Source of the DNA: an uncultured bacterium | Lineage (GTDB): Bacteria; Abyssobacteria; SURF-5 | Length of the DNA: 64,000 nt | Assembly: GCA_964453435.1 (NCBI GenBank) | Contig: CAYVQZ010000022.1 | Location: 4,782-68,781 of the forward strand | Reading direction: 5' to 3' | Shown here: positions 1-6,322 of the stretch, in pieces | Position numbering within the stretch: position 1 is the first letter of the stretch | How the letters are laid out: each line of letters opens with the position of its first letter | Position numbers and translations under genes: made by a program | The notes under the pieces: model-generated | The model's input: the letters and a program-made list of their open reading frames with translations, nothing else | The model's database searches: none | What the model was told of the DNA's origin: nothing

Positions 1-458
1 TTGCGGAACAGGGCCTCGCCCCGCGTGCTCAGCGTGTCATCCTCTTCAATGGTCTCGACCCGCGCCTTGAAGAACGGGTCTGTGGAAACGAACTCTTGAA
101 TCTTGAATTTCGATATCCCCTGCACGAGAAGCGCCATTGTTCCGTCGGGCATCTTCATCATCTTCAGCACACTCGCAGCCGTGCCGTATTCGTAGAGGTT
201 TTCCGGCTTTCGCTCCCCGCCCGGTTCCCGCATGGCGACGCATCCGATGATTTTTGTGCTCGATACCGCTTCGTCGATAAGCGCCACGGAACTCTTCTCT
301 CCCACCGAGAGCGGTATCACCGTGAAGGGATACATCACCGTATTCTTCAACGGCAAGATGCCGATAACATCGGGAATCGGCGGATGCTCTTCGGGTTTCG
401 GCTCCTGCGTCGCTATGACGCTCCCGTCAGATTGGTCGTTTATAATATTCGAAGTCAT
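1..458 (-). CDS. lon: ATP-dependent Lon protease, N-terminal part (gene runs off the left edge)
   Basis: Own translation of the minus strand from ATG 458-456 gives MTSNIINDQSDGS...PIPDVIGILPLKNTVMYPFTVIPLSVGEKSSVALIDEA...LKMMKMPDGTMALLVQG, which fits the LON N-terminal substrate-binding domain pattern. The frame is open to position 1. It is absent from the ORF track because there is no stop in the window. Confidence 0.8.
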   Translation of the reverse strand, partial: MTSNIINDQSDGSVIATQEPKPEEHPPIPDVIGILPLKNTVMYPFTVIPLSVGEKSSVALIDEAVSSTKIIGCVAMREPGGERKPENLYEYGTAASVLKMMKMPDGTMALLVQGISKFKIQEFVSTDPFFKARVETIEEDDTLSTRGEALFR

Positions 459-497
459 CGTATCACCCTGCCCGGTTGATGAACCGCGTTCGCCGCC

Positions 498-944
498 TCA
501 GCCTATGTCAATCTGCTGATTCTTCGGCGGTTCAGCCTTCTTCTTCGGCGCATCTATAATAATAAAGCCATTGTTCAGTTTGGCGCTGATTTTCTCGACT
601 TCAACTTCCTCGGGGAGCAGAAGCATTCGTTCGAACGCGTTGTAATTAATCTCCATTTGACAATACCGCTTGTTCTTGTGAGGAATCATATCTCTGCGCA
701 CCCCGCTGATGATAAGCTTGCCCGCATCGTAAATGACCGATACGTCCTCGCGTTCCACGCCCGCAAGTTCCGCCACCACGATAATGCTGTCACCGCTCTC
801 GAACACGTCCACGTTCGGGCGCCATTTCGAGGGCGCGGAATACAGGATAGGGAGGGTCTGGCCGATCATGTGCTGCATGAGATGTTCCATCTCTTCTTGC
901 GCTCGTTTTATGTCTCCGAACAGATTCTTGGGGTCGCCCATCAT
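498..944 (-). CDS. Hsp20/alpha-crystallin family small heat-shock protein
   Basis: From ORF 498..977. The alpha-crystallin core reads RPNVDVFESGDSIIVVAELAGVEREDVSV...ISGVRR...FERMLLLPEEVEVEKISAKLNNGFIII. Start trimmed to ATG 944 (aaagga 5 nt upstream); position 977 is a GTG. Confidence 0.85.
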   Translation of the reverse strand: MMGDPKNLFGDIKRAQEEMEHLMQHMIGQTLPILYSAPSKWRPNVDVFESGDSIIVVAELAGVEREDVSVIYDAGKLIISGVRRDMIPHKNKRYCQMEINYNAFERMLLLPEEVEVEKISAKLNNGFIIIDAPKKKAEPPKNQQIDIG

Positions 945-1004
945 CAACGTCCTTTCGCAACACTCAACACGAAACACGGGAAGAACAACGCACCGCTTTT
1001 TTCA

Positions 1005-1033
1005 ATTATAATTGCCAATCCGAATGAAAGCAA
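1005..1033 (-). promoter_or_regulatory. Candidate sigma-70 promoter for hsp20
   Basis: Minus strand reads TTGCTT, a 17-nt spacer, then TATAAT (1010-1005), about 60 nt upstream of ATG 944. Confidence 0.3.
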
Positions 1034-1035
1034 GG

Positions 1036-1281
1036 CTATGCGGCGCGGCGCACCAGCGCCCGCATCGGCACATTGCAGCAGACGAGCCGCAAGCCGTCGG
1101 ATTTCGACCGTATCACCGCGGCCTCGCTGCCGCAAACGGGGCACCGATACATTTGCGCCCTTCGCTTTTGGAGTTGCATCGGCTGGTTGCAGCAGACGGG
1201 GCGGGCGACACCCGTGCCGGTTCGGATGACGAGTGCTTCGGAGTCGCAAATCAAACAGCGGAATCTATTGCCGATTTCCAT
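1036..1281 (-). CDS. Small protein with two tandem desulforedoxin-like Cys4 modules
   Basis: 81 aa with an ATG start. It has two CxxC-x17-CC modules (RCLICDSEALVIRTGTGVARPVCCNQPM and RCPVCGSEAAVIRSKSDGLRLVCCNVPM). These resemble the desulforedoxin / desulfoferrodoxin N-terminal Fe(Cys)4 pattern. Confidence 0.6.
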   Translation of the reverse strand: MEIGNRFRCLICDSEALVIRTGTGVARPVCCNQPMQLQKRRAQMYRCPVCGSEAAVIRSKSDGLRLVCCNVPMRALVRRAA

Positions 1282-1292
1282 TCTGTGCTCTC

Positions 1293-1511
1293 TTACCGCC
1301 TTTCGTCTTTCTCTTTTCCGAGGACGGACGTCATCAGTTCACCGCAACAGTAAGGTTCGAGCGTGCCGATGCCTCCCTTGGTTATCATGATCATGTTTCC
1401 GCATTTCTCGCAGGCATGGGCCGTCCCCACCTTTATATTCCATGCGCGTTCCCATTCTTCGTGCGTCCATTCGCTTGTTGTATAGTCGTCCCCGTTGTAT
1501 CTCTCTTGCAC
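1293..1511 (-). CDS. Small desulforedoxin-like protein (single Cys4 module with a Trp/Glu-rich N-terminal extension)
   Basis: 72 aa. One module, ACEKCGNMIMITKGGIGTLEPYCCGELM, follows MQERYNGDDYTTSEWTHEEWERAWN. There is an 11-nt gap to the next Dx-like gene and a 12-nt gap from apgM. Confidence 0.55.
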   Translation of the reverse strand: MQERYNGDDYTTSEWTHEEWERAWNIKVGTAHACEKCGNMIMITKGGIGTLEPYCCGELMTSVLGKEKDERR

Positions 1512-1523
1512 GCGTATCTCCTT

Positions 1524-2813
1524 TCAGCCGTTGCGAGCCAGTTCGACCAGCCTCGGAAGCAATTGAACGCCTCTGAGCTCCCCGAGTTTTCCCTTCGCGC
1601 ATTCGGCCTCGGTGTAAGCCTTTATTCCGTCGGGCTCGAGCGACGAATCAAGAATCAGGAGCGGCACGGGGTCCGCAGAATGCGCCTTTATGCCGCACGG
1701 GGTCGAATGGTCCGCCGTCAGCGTGAGGACCACCGAATTCATATCGAGTCCCGGGACCAGGTTCGCAAGGAAAAACTTGTCGATGGCCGCAATGATGTCC
1801 CGCTTCGCCTCGGCGTCTCCGTCGTGCCCCGGGAGGTCGGGCCCTTTGATATGAATGTAAAGGCCTCCGTAGTTCGGCAATTCCTCGAGCGCTTTTTTCG
1901 CAAGCGGCGGGTAGTCCTTTTCGGGGTTTCCCGTTGTCTGCGGAACCGGCACGATATCCATGCCGGTGAGCATCGCGATGCCTTTTTCCACCGGCATCTC
2001 CTGGAAACAGCCGAACTTGACCCCGAAACTCTCGCTGATGGGCGGCATTTCCGGCAGGCGGTCGCCGGCGTCCCGAGTCAGAATAAGGTTCCCCGGCATC
2101 TTCCCTTCGGACCTGCGCTTCTTGTTCACATCCGCCTTGTCGAGCACTTCATGACTCTTCTCGACGAATTCGTTGGTCAGGTTTGCCGCCATCTCGGCGC
2201 CTTCCGGATTCTTTGCCCCCTCGAGCGGCTCGCATTTCTGCACCACGTCTTCGAATTTTTCGAGCGCAACGCCCAGCAATCCTTCCCTGCCATATGCCGG
2301 GTCCGTGTTGGAAACCTCGGCCGAAAGCTTCCCGTCGCACCGGATGACGAGCACTCCCCGATGTTCAATTGTGTTCTTGAACTCGAAATGTACGCCCGGA
2401 ACCGAGGTCAGCTTGACTTTCGAGTTGACCTCGTTGCACAGTTCATCCGCCTCGGCGGTCGTCAGATTTCTGCCGACGCGCCGGTCTTTGATTTCCGGGT
2501 ATGTGCCCGCCGTGGCGAAATTGACACGGTACGCCAGGTCGCCGTTGTTCACCTTCAGCCCGACCGCGTGCGACTCCAGGGGGCCTCTTCCCGTGTAGTA
2601 CTTGTACGCGTCGTAACCGAGTATCGAGATCACCGCGATATCCGATTCGGGCGCTATCCCCGGAGCCACCGTATGCATGAGTCCGTTTTCCCCGCGACGC
2701 GCAAGGTCGTCCATGACAGGCGTGTCGGCGGCCTCGAGCGGCGTTCGATTCCCCAACGACGGCGTGGCCCTGTCAGCTAAACCGTCAAGCACGATGTACA
2801 GAATCTTTTTCAT
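1524..2813 (-). CDS. apgM: Cofactor-independent phosphoglycerate mutase, archaeal ApgM-like
   Basis: From ORF 1524..2966, trimmed to ATG 2813 (MKKILYIVLDGLADR...) with a GGAGGAG Shine-Dalgarno. Metalloenzyme motifs LDGLAD and LTADHSTP are present. Confidence 0.85.
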   Translation of the reverse strand: MKKILYIVLDGLADRATPSLGNRTPLEAADTPVMDDLARRGENGLMHTVAPGIAPESDIAVISILGYDAYKYYTGRGPLESHAVGLKVNNGDLAYRVNFATAGTYPEIKDRRVGRNLTTAEADELCNEVNSKVKLTSVPGVHFEFKNTIEHRGVLVIRCDGKLSAEVSNTDPAYGREGLLGVALEKFEDVVQKCEPLEGAKNPEGAEMAANLTNEFVEKSHEVLDKADVNKKRRSEGKMPGNLILTRDAGDRLPEMPPISESFGVKFGCFQEMPVEKGIAMLTGMDIVPVPQTTGNPEKDYPPLAKKALEELPNYGGLYIHIKGPDLPGHDGDAEAKRDIIAAIDKFFLANLVPGLDMNSVVLTLTADHSTPCGIKAHSADPVPLLILDSSLEPDGIKAYTEAECAKGKLGELRGVQLLPRLVELARNG

Positions 2814-2940
2814 ATCGGGTCTCCTCCGTCTCGAGCGGAACGAAGCATGGGCGCCATGAAGAGGGCGAGAAATGAAAAAGCCGCATTCGAGCAGTCTATC
2901 ATGCGGCGCGCCCTCGCGCGCGGCACAGGTTGCCGCGGGT

Positions 2941-3002
2941 CCAAACGAAAGAGGCGCGCCCGTCACTCCCGGTGAATCGGGCGCGCTCTCTTTTCAAAAA
3001 AA
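2941..3002. terminator. GC-rich hairpin with flanking T/A runs; candidate bidirectional intrinsic terminator
   Basis: gcgcgcccg (2954-2962) pairs with cgggcgcgc (2978-2986) around a 15-nt loop. It is followed by ttttcaaaaaaa on the plus strand and tttcgtttgg on the minus strand. It lies about 140 nt upstream of apgM and about 415 nt downstream of the Nfu gene. Confidence 0.55.
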
Positions 3003-3060
3003 CTTCACTGAAACTGTCAGCCGCTCCGATAATCGCATATCGGCTCATATCGCCGCGTCT

Positions 3061-3090
3061 TTCGCAATCTCAAGGGTGGCATTATGATGC
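3061..3090 (+). repeat. Copy A of a 30-bp conserved intergenic element (TTCGCA-N16-TATGAT geometry)
   Basis: ttcgcaatctcaagggtggcattatgatgc matches copy C at 24 of 30 positions (hand alignment). Confidence 0.7.
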
Positions 3091-3404
3091 GCCGCAGGTT
3101 CGAGGCTGTCCGATAATCGAATTTTCCGCCGAAACGCCAGCGGAGGGGACTGTCACTATTTACGGAATCCCGCGCTCTGTCGTCATTCCCCGGCTTGACC
3201 GCGGAATTCAGTCATTTCTTCGCTGAGTGAGGCGAAGTCCCGCATATTTCGCGGGACAGACCGGGGACTGCCCCCTGGCAGGCGTCAACGTATTCTCGGG
3301 CACACTCACTCTCCCCGAAGCGAACAAACTTCACCATCGCCGAGGGCACTTTCACGTCCCTGGAGCACGGACCACCGGACCGTGGGACAAGCTACACAAT
3401 TCCT

Positions 3405-3626
3405 CTAGACCGCCTCCACGGCTTTGACTGTCGGAACGCGCTCTTTCACCACACGCTCGACTCCCATCTGGAGAGTCATCTGAGCGCCGGGACAGCCCGA
3501 ACATGCGCCGACCAGGCGCACCTTCACAATACCGTCCTCGGTAACATCGATGAGCTCGATGTCGCCGCCGTCGGCCTGCAGCTGGGGTCTGATATCATTA
3601 AGCGCTTCTTGAACTTGTTGTTTCAC
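3405..3626 (-). CDS. NifU C-terminal (Nfu-type) Fe-S cluster scaffold domain protein
   Basis: 73 aa with a GTG start and GGAGG 7 nt upstream. Contains GGDIELIDV...VRLVGACSGCPGAQMTL, including the CxxC motif. Confidence 0.85.
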   Translation of the reverse strand: MKQQVQEALNDIRPQLQADGGDIELIDVTEDGIVKVRLVGACSGCPGAQMTLQMGVERVVKERVPTVKAVEAV

Positions 3627-3699
3627 TGAGAACCTCCTTCAATAGGCTGTTTCGTTGTCTACCCAACTAGTATGCCACAGAATCGATTCACGCACTAGC

Positions 3700-4167
3700 T
3701 CAGGGCATGACGAATTCATGGCCCGGCTTGCGGATGCTCAACACCGGGCAGGGAGCTTTTCGTACGACCTTTTCGGCGACGCTCCCGAACAAAACATGTT
3801 CCAATCCTCCGCGGCCGTGTGTCGCGATCACGATAAGGTCGACATTCTCATTGCGCGCCAACTCGAGTATTTCCATGAACGGCCTGCCCCGGCGGACCAC
3901 CTTTTCTATCTCCATCGAGGTGTCGGTGACCTCGGCGTCAATGATCTCCTGCATTTCCTTGAGCCGGTTCTGCTCCATGTCCGCAAAGGAAGGCATAATC
4001 GGCACATCGAACATGTATGCGTTTGCCAGATACTGAATATCCTCAATCACATGAAGCATATACAGCTTGGAGCCGTACTCCTGTGCGAACGAGAGCGCAT
4101 ATCGAAAAGCATATTTGCTGTGGTCCGAAAAGTCTGTCGGAAACAAAATTTTTTCGATCTTTATCAT
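3700..4167 (-). CDS. Universal stress protein (UspA family)
   Basis: 155 aa. Contains ILFPTDFS, LHV and ATHGRGGLEHVLFGSVAEKVVRKAPCPVL. AGGTGAGAG Shine-Dalgarno. Confidence 0.85.
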   Translation of the reverse strand: MIKIEKILFPTDFSDHSKYAFRYALSFAQEYGSKLYMLHVIEDIQYLANAYMFDVPIMPSFADMEQNRLKEMQEIIDAEVTDTSMEIEKVVRRGRPFMEILELARNENVDLIVIATHGRGGLEHVLFGSVAEKVVRKAPCPVLSIRKPGHEFVMP

Positions 4168-4224
4168 GGTTCTCTCACCTTGCCTCTGTCCGGGGTGCCC
4201 TCGTGTTTTTCCTGACTGCCACGC

Positions 4225-4815
4225 TCACTTTTTCGCCAGCAATTCTTCGAGTCTCTTCTCAGACAGTTCCTCCACTCGAGTATGAATGCTTCCTCCATGG
4301 GTGTCCATCGTGACTATTGCGGGAAATTCAGTCACCTCGAATTCCCAAAAACATTCCGGCATTCCGAACTCCTCGAGTTTGTATGCGTTCCGTATTCGGG
4401 AAACGTAGCGAGCGAGCACCACGGCTGCGCCGCTTACCGCCGAAAGATACACGCAGCCATGACGCTTCAGAGCTTCAACCGTGCGTCCGTCCATGCCGCC
4501 TTTCCCGATAATCGCGCGAACTCCGTAGCGCGCTATGACATCGGGTTCGTAAGGATTCATGCGGTTGCTGGTCGTGGGACCGGCGACCACGAGCTCGAAA
4601 CCGGTTTCCAGCTTGCGGACCAGGGGGCCGCAATGGTACAGCGCCCCGCCCCGCAAATCGAAATCGAGCGTTTCCGGTGTCGCCTCTTCGACGAGGTACT
4701 TATGCGCCCGGTCCCGCGCGGTGAATACGGACCCTGTCAGACGCACCGTGTCCCCCAGGCGAAGCGCGCGAATATCGCTCTCCGACAACGGCGTATGAAG
4801 CTTGACTTCGGACAT
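4225..4815 (-). CDS. Class I (Fe-S) fumarate hydratase / tartrate dehydratase, beta (C-terminal domain) subunit
   Basis: 196 aa containing GDTVRLTGSVFTARDRAHK and IGKGGM. Starts 3 nt after the stop of the alpha subunit gene. Confidence 0.8.
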   Translation of the reverse strand: MSEVKLHTPLSESDIRALRLGDTVRLTGSVFTARDRAHKYLVEEATPETLDFDLRGGALYHCGPLVRKLETGFELVVAGPTTSNRMNPYEPDVIARYGVRAIIGKGGMDGRTVEALKRHGCVYLSAVSGAAVVLARYVSRIRNAYKLEEFGMPECFWEFEVTEFPAIVTMDTHGGSIHTRVEELSEKRLEELLAKK

Positions 4816-4818
4816 AGC

Positions 4819-5703
4819 TTAAACTATTCCCCTGTACTCGAGCGTCCCCTTGCGGTCGGCCCAACAGCAAAAAGCCACATCAACGAAATAGGACGCCGCA
4901 TGGCGATGCGCGGCCCCGACCTTTACGCCCATGACACAGGTGTTGCCGCCGATGCCGATCGGGCCGATTCCCAGACTGTTGCACTCGTTGAAAAGCCTCC
5001 GCTCGAGCGTCGCCAATTCCGGCGAGCCGCTGGCGTCGTCCAGTTCCCTCAGAAGCTGTCTCTTCGAGAGCATGGCCGCGCTGTCCTTGCTGCCTCCCAG
5101 GCCGATTCCGACCACATAAGGAGGACATCCCCGCCCTTGGGCGGCGTGCACCGCATCCAGCACCACCCTCCTCACACCGTCGAGATCGCGTCCCGCGCCC
5201 AGACGCGAATCGGGCAGTTTATAGACCGCGCCGCAGTTCTCGCTCCCGCCGCCTTTCAGCATGGCGCGAATCAGCAAATGATCCTCCGTCCAGGCGTCGA
5301 AATACACCAGCGGCCACAGCGTGCCCGTGTTATCACCCGAGTTCTTGCCCGTCACAGAGTCAACCGCGTTCGGCCGCAATGGAATAGCGCCGGTGGCAAT
5401 CCGCGTCGCTTCCTCAATCGCCTCCCTCACTTTTGAAATCGAAACGTTCTCCGGAACCGTCACGAAGAACACCGGATATCCCGTGTCCTGACACATGGGC
5501 CTCGATTCCGACTTGGCCAACTCGACGTTTTCGAGTATCGTGCTCAAAGCCGCATGGCCGGGGCTATCCTTCTGTTCGGATGCGAGCGAGCGCGCCAGTC
5601 CCTCACGGATGTCGTCCGATAGAACCGTCGCCATCCTGCGATACAGATTCACCAATTCGTCGACGAGTGACACGTCACTCTTCTCTCCTTCAGCGTTCAC
5701 CAT
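4819..5703 (-). CDS. Class I (Fe-S) fumarate hydratase, alpha (N-terminal domain) subunit
   Basis: 294 aa with MCQDTGYPVFFV and KGGGSEN motifs. No obvious SD at ATG 5703, so the start is somewhat uncertain. Confidence 0.8.
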   Translation of the reverse strand: MVNAEGEKSDVSLVDELVNLYRRMATVLSDDIREGLARSLASEQKDSPGHAALSTILENVELAKSESRPMCQDTGYPVFFVTVPENVSISKVREAIEEATRIATGAIPLRPNAVDSVTGKNSGDNTGTLWPLVYFDAWTEDHLLIRAMLKGGGSENCGAVYKLPDSRLGAGRDLDGVRRVVLDAVHAAQGRGCPPYVVGIGLGGSKDSAAMLSKRQLLRELDDASGSPELATLERRLFNECNSLGIGPIGIGGNTCVMGVKVGAAHRHAASYFVDVAFCCWADRKGTLEYRGIV

Positions 5704-5892
5704 GAGGAGCGTTCGCTCCGGCGACGTGGATTCCTTCGCCCAAGGTCAGGGCGGACGCAATTCCATGTCCCCGGTCTCTTTGACCGCCGGTCTCAAGAAC
5801 GTGAGAAGTTATCCTCCTCACTAAATTATGAGGCGTATAAAAGACAAGGGCTATTTATGATATGCGCCTCGTAAGATACCAGCAGCGCCGTA

Positions 5893-5922
5893 ATTATATT
5901 TGGATGGGTTTTATTTTGTCAA
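5893..5922 (-). promoter_or_regulatory. Consensus-like sigma-70 promoter upstream of the fumarase genes
   Basis: Minus strand reads TTGACA (5922-5917), an 18-nt spacer, then TATAAT (5898-5893). This implies a leader of about 185 nt before ATG 5703. Confidence 0.5.
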
Positions 5923-6322
5923 ACAGGGTTTTTGAGACGAGAACATGCGGTCGGGCCTTGCCTCAGGATTAAATCCCGAAAAAATCCGGCTGAGCTGTTA
6001 TTTATGAAAACGATGAGTTTTTGTCGTAATTTCTCATACTGCCTCGTTCCTGATTTGAAAGATGAGAATATGTTGCATGACGAGGGCCTCTGTTTCTGTT
6101 CCCAAGGCAGGCGCCCAACGGCAGAATCCCCCCGTATTTTGGGGACTCGTGGGATTGGCGGACTAACCGCGAAGCACACCTTGGCCAATTATCGGACATA
6201 CTCTTAAAGGTCGGTTGTTGCGCCCGTGTTACGCACTTTTCGGGCGCTCGCGAACGAAGGTGTGCAGGTGGCGCAATGCTTCCTTTGGATAGCGGAGTGG
6301 AGCGAATCACGGATTGGCGCCG

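Noticed and set aside
3091-3110. ggttcgagg, a tRNA T-arm-like string, and cgcctccac near 3411, a tmRNA 3'-end-like string.
   Set aside because: No acceptor stem, anticodon arm or cloverleaf can be drawn around either. The second lies inside the Nfu coding region. I found no tRNA or tmRNA in the window.
5856-5875. TATGATATGCGCC upstream of the fumarase genes, considered as a possible fourth copy of the 30-bp element.
   Set aside because: Only the TATGAT core and a few flanking bases match (about 13/30 against copy C by hand). This is consistent with a generic -10-like hexamer rather than a repeat copy.
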